64,000 nucleotides of DNA from Octopus sinensis (GCF_006345805.1 NC_043011.1:806001-870000); one strand, 5' to 3'; positions 48,540 to 60,734 are shown, counted from the first letter of the stretch. The notes: generated from the sequence alone by a model not told the origin. Numbers and translations: made by a program.

Positions 48540-49650
48540 TAATTGTGCAGCTTCAACTTAGGTTTACTAAACTGATTCAAAGCGAACCTTGTAAGGATTG
48601 CACAACTTCTTACTTGACCTTTACCAACATAAATCTACAGGGACCTAAAATTGCTAACGTTTCACTCTTGGAAGATAAAACAGGTCCTTTTTTTATCTAA
48701 ACCACCCAGTATTAAACTGAAGAAATACAAACCCTATTTTGTCTGTAAAGCCTCTGCAAGACTTATTTGACCCTCTAAGTTAGATATAGGCAGAGGTGGG
48801 CACTGTTTATGGGAAAGTTAACTGCGTTAATCATTAATCCGTTAATGATACATTCTCACATGCGCCGGTTGCCAACACAATTATGTTGGACAAACGAACC
48901 TTCCTTGACGCAGAATAGTAGCAGTCCATAAAGAACAAATAAATCTCCCACAACACCGTCAAATTCCACTTAGTAAGCACATAGACTCTTGCGCTAGAGA
49001 TAAAAATCCCAAATTTCACATATCCTCTTTCTACCAATGTAAAGAGAGAATCTCTACACAAGAAAGAATCAACAAGGAGAATCTTTTTACTGAAAAATTC
49101 CAAACGTGTCTTAATATGCAAACTCCACAGTGACCATGCTCCTTTTTCTAGCATCCCATCTGACAAAAAATTCATATAAGCATCCTGTTTGACAAAAAAT
49201 CCACCGTTCCAATTAAAGAGCATAAAATCCACAGAATGTCTCCCCTTACTCACAGGAACTGGATACTCCTACCCCATTTCCTGTTTTCACACACAATCAC
49301 CCACTCTTTCAAAATATACACTACATTTAAAAACATGCATCCTAATCCTCCTCCGAAGTTTTTCCAAGGACTATTATTGAACTCTAAAGGCATAAAGACT
49401 CTACAATGGATTGGTACACTTATTTATTAATTTTTGTATATATGTATTAATTTTTTTTTGGAAAAAACATTGTAAATTTCTTTTTCCCCTTCCTCAATTT
49501 AAAAAAAAAATTCTCCTTCCAAATCTTGAAAATTTTCCTTGCTATGTAAACCGATTTGATTTATTATTTTTTCTTTTTTAATTTTTCATACACCCATTTT
49601 TATTAAAATTTACTTTCAATTTAGCATTCTGCCTTATTATAATTTTCCTC
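48540..49650 (+). mobile_element. Decayed Penelope-like element 3' part (GIY-YIG), related to PLE-4
   Basis: YILTCAGCQHNYVGQT (48849 onward) and LSKHIDSCARDKNPKFHISSFYQCK..ERINKENLF. Confidence 0.7.
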
Positions 49651-49731
49651 TCCTATATATATATATTTATGTATGTATTTATGTATATGTATGTATGTAT
49701 GTATATGTATGTATATGTATGTATATGTATG

Positions 49732-49763
<32 letters not shown>

Positions 49764-49789
49764 TGTATGTATGTATCTATCTATCTATC

Positions 49790-49824
<35 letters not shown>

Positions 49825-49825
49825 A

Positions 49826-51995
49826 TTGATGGAAATGGTAAGACTACAAAAGAATGAAAGAGACCTCGATATTATGTAAATAGAGGAAGTTATCTGTAAA
49901 TATAATATGTGACAATTATTCAGTAGCCATGATAAAACTCCGAGTTTCGGATGTCGGGGCGGAAACCCACGCCGGCATCTCGCATATGCGATCTTATTGG
50001 ACTATTCCTACTTGATATGTTGGGCAAGACTTTTCCTGACGTATACTTTGCCATTTACTTTAACCGCAAATACCAATGGACCAGCACAGGATCGGTTATT
50101 CAATTGATGAAAACTTTTGGTCTTAGCATAACTACAGATACCAACTTGACGGTTGTCAGTTTCCTAGATGTATTCTTAGATTTAAATAAGAATATTTACA
50201 CACCTTATAGGAAGCCCAACGATAGACTTAGTTATATTAATGTGGGTTCCTGCCCTCCCCCCCATAGTGTTTAAAATTTAGTTAAAAACATTAGCAAAAG
50301 AATTTCTAGCCTCTCCTCCGATAGGGACATTTTTAATAGCGTTGCCCCAGTATATAATAAGACTCTAAAAGATAATGGATTTAGCGAGGAAATAACTTAT
50401 ACACCTGCCACCAGTCCAATAATAAAGAAAAGAAAACATAGGAATAGGAAAACTATCTGGTTCACACACACCTACTCACTCGAAGTGACCTTTAATATAG
50501 GCAAGTATTTCTTAGCACTGATTGATAGACATTTTCCAGTCAACCATAATTACAGGAAGCTCTTCAGTAGACATAACTTAAAAATCAGTTTCAGTTCAAC
50601 TACTAATTTTAAAACTATAATCGCACACAACACACAAAAACCACAAAATGAAACCAGCTGTTCATGAAGGGATAAAATTTATGCCCGCTAAATGGAGCTT
50701 GCATGTCCGAGACCATCATTTATGAAGCCACCGTAGACTCTATATCCACTAAGGACAAGGTTTCGTCGAAGAAATACGTGGGCCTTACAGAGGGTAATTT
50801 CAAGGCCAGGTTCAATAATCACACCTTGAGCTTCAGGCACTGGGATAAAAGGGAAACAACCAAATTATCCAGTCATATATGGTCCTTAAAAGATAAAGGT
50901 GTCTGTTACAACATCCTTTGGAAGATCTTAGCCTAAACCAACGGCAGTGGAAAGTGCGGTCTTTGTGATAGGGAAAGATGGCTCATCTACATTCAAGAAC
51001 TGAACTTTTCAGATGTTGTCCACGTGTGGCTAAATATTTGTTACGTTTTTGGTCTCCCCCACCGAGATCACAGATGGGACTTGCTTTTTTATATTGTGTC
51101 CACGTACAAGCTTTTTATCTCCCTATACTTTTTACTTATATTTCTTATATATTTTTTTTACATATTATAGAGATATTGTTTTATAGTTTTATTGCTCATA
51201 TATTTTTACACATTTTTTGTATTTTACCTTCCACCATGCATTTTTCCTGTGTGTATGTAGAGGCGTATATGAACTTTTTTGTGCGCGTGTGTGCGTGTAT
51301 ATATAAATTACTTTTGGCGAACGTGTGGGTGCGCACGTGTATGTTTTAAGCGAGTGTGGACGAGCATATGCACATAGGCACATGTATATGGGCGTGCGTG
51401 CGCGCATGTGTATGTATGGACATGCGCGCATACTCGTTCGCTATGAGCATATTTACTCCTTTACTTTTTATTCTTATTTTTTATTTTTACACTTTTTTCT
51501 GTATTATGCTTTTAGCCCTGTTTTTTCTTGTGCATTTGCGTATATAGACGTGTGTGTGAACCTTTTTCGTGCGCGAGTGTGTTTGTGTATGTGCGAGCGT
51601 GTATGCGGGTATGTATATATATTTTGTGGCGAATGTGTGGGTAAACATATGTGTGTTTCAAGTGAGGGTAGATGAGTATATAGATATAGGAACATGTACG
51701 CGGGTGTGCGGGCGCGCATGTGTATGAATGGACATGCGTGCTTACGCGATTGCTATGAACATTTTTACTCCCTTAACTTTACACCTTCCCCTTACTTAGC
51801 GGTTATTCTAATAGCCCTTTTGTCTTAATAACGGTCAATCACACAGTAATTTCCCTTTGTTTAACGGTCATTTTCATGGCATTATTTTGATGGCCCGATA
51901 ACTGAAGAGATACCGGCGTGGGTTTCCGCCCCGACATCCGAACCTCGGAGTTTTATCGTGGCTACGAAATAATTGTCACATATTATATTTACAAA
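49826..51995 (+). mobile_element. Penelope-like element PLE-3: inverted pseudo-LTR, 5'-truncated RT-GIY-YIG ORF, pseudo-LTR
   Basis: ICDLIGLFLL, FLDVFLDL, YINVGSCPP, TIWFT, CS*RDKILCPLNGAC, IIYEA..KYVGLTEGNFKARFNNH..LSSHIWSLK..CGLC. 49826-49980 is the reverse complement of the 3' pLTR (51910 onward). This inverted 5' structure is typical of PLEs. Confidence 0.9.
51896..51958 (+). ncRNA. Type I hammerhead in the PLE-3 pseudo-LTR (one core mutation in this copy)
   Basis: CGATAA-CTGAAGA-GAT[ACCGGCGTGGGTTTCCGCCCCGAC]ATC-C-GAAC-CTCGGAG-TT-TTATCG. The inverted copy at ~49930-49980 keeps GAAA but has lost the CUGA half. Confidence 0.7.
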
Positions 51996-53422
51996 ATAAT
52001 GCTTAACAATATTATTAGCAACATACAATTGGCCATGGAGCACAGCAGTAAACAACTCCCTTTTCTTGATATCCTAATTAAAATAGTCAATAATCACATC
52101 GAAACGGACATCTTCTATAAACCCACAGATTCTAAACAATTCCTATTATTCAACTCATGCCACCCCAAACACATAAAATTTAATATACCTTATAGTCTAG
52201 CGAAAAGAATCCGTACCATAGTTTCGGACACCTATACTCGTGAACGAAGACTCCTTGAACTCAAATCAATACTAATCAAAAGACATTACCCAATATCATT
52301 AATAAATGATGGCATTAAACGAGCTATGGAAATAAATATATACACATTAAGGGAAGTCAACCGAAATACTAAACCAGACTTAAAAATACATCTCCACACA
52401 TAACATTAGAAACAACGAAGCCTTCAACATTATCGTCCAAAATCTACCCATCCTCACAGGAGATAAAACAATGAACAAAATTTTAGGCAAACACAAAATT
52501 ATCAAAAGCAAAATACAACCTAAATTATTGAAAAAATGTTTAACCAGCGCAAGACTATATCCATTAACAACAGAACCAAAAGTGAAAAAATGTGGTCGAC
52601 CTAACTGTGGGACATGCCCCCACCATTTGGAGGGTTCAGAGTTCCACTTTAAGCAAGGTGAAATATTTAAGATCAAATCAAATTTCACCTGTGCCTCAGA
52701 AAATCTTATCTATACCATTACATGATTAGGGTGTGGTCATAATTATATTGGCCAAACAGGAATATCACTCCGTCGAAGAACCACTCTCCACAAAGAACAA
52801 ATCCGCCACCCACAATACGGACAGTTACAGGTTAGGGAACACATAGATAGGTGTGCTACGAATCTTAATCCTAATTTCCTAATTTTCCTCTTCTATCAAT
52901 GTTCACAAAACACCTCAGTACAACAAAGAAGGAATAAAGAGGCAACTTTCATCAATAAATGTCTTCCACAACTCAATATGAACACATAACATAATACAGA
53001 ACACTACTAACCTTTCAATTAATACCACTAACCCCCATACATCCCACACACCATTCACATTACAGATCTATATCTACCCTAATTGCACCAAATCCAGAAC
53101 TACTTACCTCCCTTGCTCATAATCTTTTTACTCAGGGACCAGTAGACCTGACACCGTTCAGTAATCGGTGTGCATTCAAAGCAATGATTAGTAATTTTAC
53201 GAAACCGGTATGCTTTTGAATCTCTTTAACAATTCCCAATAATGACTTTTATTACTTTTATTCCTACCTCAGTTCATCTAATTGTATATATCTATCGTTA
53301 CTTTTCATAAAAAAGCCTATACTTTTTTTGATTTCCAATGTGCATTTTCGCTTACTTTTCTTTCTACTTTCCCCTTACATTTCTACGTGTAGCTTCTATT
53401 TTCTTTTTGTAACATATTTATG

Positions 53423-53430
<8 letters not shown>
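51996..53430 (+). mobile_element. Penelope-like element PLE-4 (CxxxxCxxC linker, Neptune-like), 5'-truncated
   Basis: LPFLDILI, TDIFYKPTD, NSCHPKHIK.NIPYSLAKRI, KCGRPNCGTC, NFTCASENLIYTIT*LGCGHNYIGQTG..LRRR..LHKEQI..EHI..C. Stop at 52987-52989. Confidence 0.9.
53175..53220 (+). ncRNA. Degenerate type I hammerhead in the PLE-4 pseudo-LTR
   Basis: TTCAAAGCA-ATGATTA-GTAA(TT)TTAC-GAAA-CCGG-TA-TGCTTTTGAA. Stems are intact, stem III is the palindrome ACCGGT and the triplet is GUA. The core has C3>A and G8>U. Confidence 0.6.
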
Positions 53431-53514
<84 letters not shown>

Positions 53515-54179
53515 CTGGGAGCGGGGATATTCCGAGTACCCATCACAATGCCTAATTTCTCTCAGACGAAAAATGAAATCAAGACATAGGACAGATAATA
53601 TAAGGCATAAGCAAATTCGTTCACGAAACAATAATACAAATAAATACGTGTGGAATCGGAAGATGACAATCGTTTGGTCAGATGAGTGGAAAGCTGCAAA
53701 TATATAATCAATGGAAACACCGAGAAGAGAATTGCAAAGAAGTGCTATGAAATAAAAGAAGATAAAAGTTTGAAAAGTAAACAAAAAATTAATTGGAGAA
53801 AAGAGATTTTATACTTACAAGAACGGCTGGAGTGCAGAGGCGACAACGTGACGGTCATAAGAGTTCTAAGATGTTATGAGGAGGAAAAAAAGAATACAAA
53901 AATGACGATTTTCGTCATTTTGGGGAAAATTCTCTTGCAGCCCGAGAGAAACGTGCACTTAATTTGATGACTACGCTTCATAGGTATAGTTCCACTGATC
54001 GTGATAATCAAATATCGATTGCAATGGTTAGAACCGACACTTTTAAGTGCAGGTGTTAAGAAAATACATGTTACAGCATCCTAAGAATGCTGAAACTGAT
54101 GAACATTTTAAACCCACAACAATTTAGGCCAAATTTCGTTAATCAGTTAAAAATCATCTTACACTTTGCTTGAGTTGCT

Positions 54180-54500
54180 TAGGTAAAAACTTATTTGCCT
54201 CAACTAATCCTTAGCATACATTCCATCTGTGTATAACATTTCAAGAAAATCGGCCGAAAACTTTAAAAGTTATGGCAGTAAATAACGTTTGTATGAGAAT
54301 TTGTATTGAAATGTCCTATTGCTTTTTGAAAAATCGATGCTGCTTAAAAATTATCGATCTTTTTGAAATTCCGAATGCGTAAGTGACCGCATGGGCATAA
54401 GTCCCCCATATATGTCAAGTTTCATCAAGATTGGTTGGATAGTCTCAGAGCAGTAACAAATTCACATACACACACACACACAACCACAGACAGAAATTGC

Positions 54501-54520
<20 letters not shown>
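54180..54520 (-). mobile_element. Possible non-autonomous Helitron-like element (5' part)
   Basis: TGTCAAGTTTCATCA.GA..CAGACAGAAATTGCTATATATA resembles the 5' region of H1 in reverse complement. Confidence 0.4.
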
Positions 54521-54539
<19 letters not shown>

Positions 54540-54544
54540 TCATT

Positions 54545-54920
54545 TATTCATTTACTTGTTTTAGTCATTTGACTGACCATGCTAGAGCACCACTTTTAGT
54601 CAAAAAATTCTTTGTAAGCCTAGTATTTATTCTATCAATATCTTTTACCAAACTGCTAAGTTACAGGGATGTAAACACACCAACATCAGTTGTCAAGTGA
54701 TGGAGGTGGGGGGACAAGCACAGACACACATTAATATATGCACATATATATACATATATATATATGACGGGCTTCTTTCAGCTTCCATCTACCAAATCCA
54801 TTTACAAGGCTTTGGCCAGGGCTGGAAGTGATAGTAGAAGACACCTGCCCAAGGTGCCACACAGTGAAACTGAACCTGGAGCCATGTGGTTGGGAAGCAA
54901 GCTTCTTACCACAGAGCCAT
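54545..54920 (-). mobile_element. Older SINE family C copy
   Basis: Diverged full-length reverse-complement match. Confidence 0.8.
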
Positions 54921-54934
54921 ATATTTCATCCTAT

Positions 54935-55435
54935 GTATCATACTTAATGCAAATGCAATATGGATAGCCAAAATAATGGCAGTATTCACCTGGCAATAAT
55001 GTCTTTTGTGGATGTACTGTGTTAAACAGCACAAAAATATATCAATAGCTGATGATAATTGTCCAGCAATGGTGCCAGAGATGCTAAATACACATTTCTG
55101 CTTTTTGGGCTTCATCAGGAGCATGTACCCACTGGCAACCGATATATTCTTGTGTCGTGTAACACAGTAAAAGATATTATCTCCATAAACGATGTTATCT
55201 TTGGATGAATACCCTAGTTAATTTGGCTTTCCATAATGTATTTGCATTAAGTATGGTACACAAATACTGCTTCTGTTACATAAAATTTTTATTCAGCCAG
55301 CCGGCAAATTGCAACGTCAGTGATATTTGAATTGCTATTTTCCTACATCAATGGTAGCGGATTTTGTTGAAGAATGTAGATGCCAGTGGGTAGATGCAGC
55401 TGATGAAGCACAATGAAGTGGAAATACACATCTAA
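54935..55435. mobile_element. Old inverted-repeat element with two related decayed hammerhead-like motifs
   Basis: Arms 54935-55045 and 55140-55262 are inverted. Motifs: GCCAGTGGGTACATGCTC-CTGATGA-AGC..GCA-GAAA-TGTGTA at ~55085-55135(-) and GCCAGTGGGTAGATGCAG-CTGATGA-AGC..GTG-GAAA at ~55382-55425(+). Confidence 0.5.
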
Positions 55436-56039
55436 CATTCCTGCCACTGCTCCCAGATTATTTTCACCTGCAACTGATATAGTTTGCGTTATTTAACATA
55501 GTATGTCCATAAGAGTTATTTTTAATTGCTTTGACATACACTTACATTGTGATTTCTGCAATGTGGTGGATAAATTGTCAAGTAAATGAGAGGCATCTTT
55601 GCCTCCACTGATTCAGTTGCAAAATGTTGAGTAGAGTTATTTGATTGCAAACCTCCTTTCAGTCTTTTTATTATCACTGGGTCACACATAGTCCCCAGAT
55701 GGTAACATTGATTTCAAGGCCAGATGAGTGACTGGTTATTCAAAGACATTTATAGATTGTAAATTTATTCTGTCCAGTTACGTATCAGTATAGTGGTCAT
55801 TTGCAAACTCCAGAGGTGACACTTTCTTTTCTCCTTAGCCCTCACGTCACACAGTTGTTAATGTTTATTTCAGTTGCGTATTGTGATCATTTGTCTTTTG
55901 GTTTCCTGTAGCTTTGCTCTCTTTTACAAACCCAGTGAACATATATTTCCTATTTCAAAGAAATTCAAACAATAGATATAAGACCCAAGTTAAAAAGATT
56001 CTGAGCAATTCAACTTCTCTGCTTAACAGTAAGACACCC

Positions 56040-56302
56040 ACCCCCAACAGGGGCCTTCACTCTCACATTTTAGAGCTCCATGACCTTCATTTTTGAGGAA
56101 CAAAATCCTTTTAACAGGTTCAATAAGACTGGAATTTTGGAATATGCTCATAAAAATCAGTAGGATGGGATACTTTTCGGGTGTGTAAAGAGGGAAATAA
56201 CCTTCGTCTGCAATTTTTATGAAATTCGAAACAGTTCATTACAGAAAATATAACAGAAAAGTCTAATTCTTCAATTTCATGTAACATAGGCAACGCTGGG
56301 TA
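56040..56302 (+). mobile_element. Possible third Helitron-like element (decayed 3' end)
   Basis: Ends GGCAACGCTGGGTATCTCTGCTTGT, resembling the H1/H2 hairpin and CTAG|T end with one change. Confidence 0.4.
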
Positions 56303-56308
56303 TCTCTG

Positions 56309-56397
56309 CTTGTATAACAGGGATGGAAACAAACCAATATCGGTTGTCAAGCAGCATATATATATTGTTATATTTCGGAATGGTCATATATATATAC

Positions 56398-56483
<86 letters not shown>

Positions 56484-56616
56484 ATATTTCGGAATGTATA
56501 TATATATATACATACATACATACATATATGTGTGTGTTGTGTTGTGTGTGCGTGTGTGTGTGTTTGTGTTTTTTCCTGCCACTGCTTGACAACCGATATT
56601 GGTTTGTTTCTGTCCC
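56309..56616. repeat. Inverted SINE-C-derived arms around a duplicated microsatellite block
   Basis: GGGATGGAAACAAACCAATATCGGTTGTCAAGCAG pairs with CTGCTTGACAACCGATATTGGTTTGTTTCTGTCCC. ATATTGTTATATTTCGGAATG occurs twice between the arms. Confidence 0.8.
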
Positions 56617-57619
56617 TATTATTTAGTGATTCAACAAAACTGCATGAAAGAATAAGTAGTAGGCATAAAAATTAAGTACTGTGGTTGATTTGTTTGGCAA
56701 AACTCTTCAAGGTGGTCACTCATCATGGTCACAGTTTGAAACATGCAAAAAATATAGTTATGTCGAACTGGACAAAAAGGAGTAAGGAATACGAAAGTTG
56801 TTACCGAGCAGGGCTTGCAACCATATGGTTTCAGGTTCATTCCTACTGTGCATCATCTTGTGTCTGTGATAGTTTTGGACCACAATGCCTTGTAAGTGAA
56901 ATTGGTGGATGGAAACTGTGTGGAAGCCCCTTAAGGTAGTACCTTTTCTCCAATCCACTGCTTGAGACTGGTGATAGTTTGTTACATCGCTGGAGGCAAA
57001 AGAGAAAGATAGAATAAGTACCAGGCTTTAAAAAATTAGTACAGGGATGACTAATTTGACTAAAGGCAGTGCTCCAGTTTGGCCTCACTCCAATGACTGA
57101 AACAGATAAAAGATACACACACACGCACACACATGAACACACTTATAAACACACAATATCACACAGTATCAGTGATACACTTTAATTACTTCATACATTA
57201 GTATGGTATGTTTCTATAGTACAAAATAAGTTAATACCATTTCTTCTGAAGCTAAAACAAAAATGAATGCAAGAATATTTCATGGAATGTATCAAAATAG
57301 TTAGAAATTCTCAGAAAACATCATAGACACAGTGTCTACATCAAAGAGGTAATAGATGCTTGCATTATACATAGATCAGCAGAGTTATTAAAAACACTAA
57401 TGCAAGGGAGACTCGGAAGGGTTAAGTTGCCAATTAGTTTTTGATAGTGTAAGGAATCTACAAATAAAATGGCTGGAGGTTATAAATGAGGCAAAAAACC
57501 CCAGCAAAAAACGAAGCATGGAAGAAAATATTGACAGCAAAAGAATATAGATAATTACTAATACAGGAATGAAGATACAGACATTAAGATAAACACTTAC
57601 TTATCATTACATTGAATTT

Positions 57620-57870
57620 ATTGTAATTTCGTATTTTGTTAAGAAGATTTTTAGTCCATGTTGTGTATGGGGTAACTCCATACACAACATAGACTAAAAT
57701 CTTCTTGTGTATGGGGTAAAATCTTCATGTTGTGGATGGGGTAACTCCATACACAACATGGACTAAAATCTTCTTGTGTATGGGGTAAAATCTTCATGTT
57801 GTGGATGGGGTAACTCCATACACGACCTGGACTAAAATCTTTAAAAAATACAAAATTACTATAATTTCAA
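57620..57870. repeat. Fold-back containing ~2.7 copies of a 69-bp hairpin-bearing unit
   Basis: GGTAACTCCA starts at 57671, 57740 and 57809 (period 69). Outer inverted arms are present. Confidence 0.85.
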
Positions 57871-58149
57871 AGTCATGATTAGTGAAAGTGTAACTGGTTG
57901 ACAAGCACAATACTCTTTCACTTATGAAATATATTTAAAAATATATTAAATCTATGCAAACTGTGTGCATTTTCCTTCTTTTATTTTAGATATTTTAATT
58001 TTTGCATTATAACTTACCATGTGGGGATATTGAAATTCTACTCCACCCTATATATAATAATATTAGGGAGTATGGCTCCAAACTTACAGGGAAAAATTAG
58101 ATTTAGGATTAAATCAAATTTCACAATATAAATATATAAAATATGAATA

Positions 58150-58530
58150 TCTCTCTATATAAACGGCAGTTTGTCTGTCTGCGTGTCTGTGTGTCTGTTA
58201 GGTTGTACCCTCACCCTGACCACGGCTTTCAACCGATTCTGATGAAACCTGACACACACATAGCCCAATGTCATAATTCAAAGCTAACGCAGCGAAAATT
58301 TTGAAAAGTTCCCCCAGTTCTGAAAAAAATCGATAAATTCGACATGGGGTCGAGAATCAGAAACACAAATCACAGACTGTCTAGGGGACGCAACTCGACC
58401 TTTTTAACTCACAAAAAGATTTACCATAATTTTTTTCCCATTTTTTTGCTATTTTTTGGCTATAACTCTCTAAAAATGCTTTATAGTTATTTCCCTTACA
58501 AACCCGAGCAACGCCGGGCGATACTGCTAG
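58150..58530 (+). mobile_element. Non-autonomous Helitron, family H1
   Basis: A|TCTCTCTATATAAACGGCAG 5' end, perfect hairpin CCCG-AGCAACGC-CGGG and CTAG|T 3' end. Collinear with 36207-36593. Confidence 0.88.
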
Positions 58531-59960
58531 TTAGAGATAAACCACTATTAGGCAACTCAAACAGTGATAGACATAAACCAATACATAAATAACAAATAAT
58601 ATAAATATAATTAATATAATATATAATATATATATATAAAATTAAAATTTCTTTTCCAAAAAGTATAAAAAGAATGATAAATATAATATAATAAGTAAAA
58701 ACACTAGTTACTTTTTATGGCTACAATTAAATTCAAATTACAATTAAGTTTAAATTAAATTTAAATAAATTCGAACTAAAATTATAGTCAATCTTCAGGT
58801 TAATGATAATTGTTAAATAAAGAAGCAAATAGAGTTAAATAATATTTTTTAAGAAATAAGTAAAATAATAATTTTTCTTATAAAAAACTCCTTTATCTAA
58901 ATTAGAAACTTAAAATGTATGTCATACAACCCATTTATTATGTTAAATATTTATTTTTAAGGTAAAAAAATAGATAGAAACATGTATTTATCTATGAAGA
59001 TATAATATGGCTTTAAAAAAACATAATAAACTCACGAATATCCTTAACTCAGTTATAGTCCAATATTTAATTACCAAATTATTTAACAAAATAATCACTA
59101 TTCATATTTTTAGATTTAAGTTCACATCTAATAATTATAAAATATTTAAAAATAACTAAATTATTATCAACAAATATAGTAATTAAAATCTAAAATTTAC
59201 TCTATCAATAAATATATAGACATATAATGAAAAAATAAATTAATTAATTAGTCCATTATTTCTTACATAAATATTAAATATCAATATTATATATTTATGA
59301 AATACATTAAAAATTAAAGATTAAAAATCAAATTATAAACGTATAACCTATCTTAAAAGAACCGTATAACTATTTTACGATCTATATATCTCATTGGCTA
59401 AGTAATATCTTACAAATAATGTACAGTTATAATCTTATAATTAAATACATATCATCAACAACTAAATAATTATAGAATCAAATTAACAATCAGTAGTTAT
59501 ATAGTATACAATACAATACAATAAAACTTATTAAAATATCTTTAGCTTTCAAAAATTGTGTCATTAATTAAAATTTTAAAACGGAAAACCTCTTTTAAGC
59601 ATTTATAAGAATACTCGTGGAATTACGTTATCAACAGAAATAGAATAAACAGATGGAAAATTCTTTTAACAATGAAAACTACGAATATATTTTATCAATG
59701 AAAATTATGAATAAATATTATCAATGGAAAATACGGCTATATTTTAGCTATAATAGATGAAGAGAACAAAGTCACTATTAGAGAATATAATCACTATATA
59801 CTATAAAATTTACAATTAAAAATAACTACAATAAATAATACTCAAAACTCTATAAATTAAATAATTTATATAACTACCAATTACTGTATATACTCTAAAA
59901 ATCTTATAAAAATTAATTAATTTTATATAAAAAGGTTATATATCTGTTTAGTGTTGATTA
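58531..59960. other. Unassigned very AT-rich, A-skewed non-repetitive block
   Basis: About 18% GC by manual count over 58861-59700. No internal repeats and no long standard-code ORF. Confidence 0.5.
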
Positions 59961-60324
59961 TCAGAAAGGTTACTTGATGCTATAGTAGTTAATGTTTTTT
60001 ATCCTGGTTGAGACAGTCTCTTGCAAAGTGGAGTTTTGCCAGAAGGTGCATTGCTGCACTTACCTACACTTATAAATGCAGATACATATTCTTTAATTCT
60101 CTTCTTTGTTTCAGCCATATGGCTGCGATCATGCTGGAGCACCACCATGTTTATTTTTTTTATTATGCATATGTGTATGTCTGTATATGTGTCCACATGT
60201 GTGTGTGTGTATACATATATATTGAAAGAGAGAGAGATAGTGTTGCAGATGAGGCTTGATATATATAAATATACATACATGCATATACATATATAAGTTA
60301 TGTATAGTGATATTCTTTTATTGT

Positions 60325-60734
60325 TTTATTCTTTTACTTGTTTCAATCATTTGACAGCAGCCATGCTGGAGCACCACCTTTTAGTCCAGCAAATCGACCC
60401 CGGGACTTATTCTTTGTAAGCCCAGTACTTATTCTATTGGTCTCTTTTGCTGAACCACTAAGTGATGGGGACGTAAACACACCAGCATCGGTTGTCAAGC
60501 AATGCTAGGGGGACAAACACAGACACACAAACATATACACACACACATATATATATATATATACATATATACGACAGGCTTCTTTCAGTTTCTGTCTACC
60601 AAATCCACTCACAAGGCATTGGTCGGCTCAGGGCTATAGCAGAAGACACTTGCCTAAGGTGCCACACAGTGGGACTGAACCCGGAACCATGTGGTTGGTT
60701 AGCAAGCTACTTACCACACAGCCACTTCTGCGCC
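60325..60734 (-). mobile_element. SINE family C, full length
   Basis: Reverse complement of 14043-14457 from head to tail. Confidence 0.9.

Noticed and set aside
57660-57845. Regularly spaced palindromic repeats resembling a CRISPR array
   Set aside because: The intervening sequences are identical rather than unique spacers, the context is eukaryotic and there are no cas genes. It is a 69-bp tandem repeat.
58531-59960. Definite NUMT (16S/12S rRNA) or ciliate-code gene call
   Set aside because: No well-conserved rRNA motif in the correct spacing, and the TGA-free frame is statistically weak. Kept only as an open finding.
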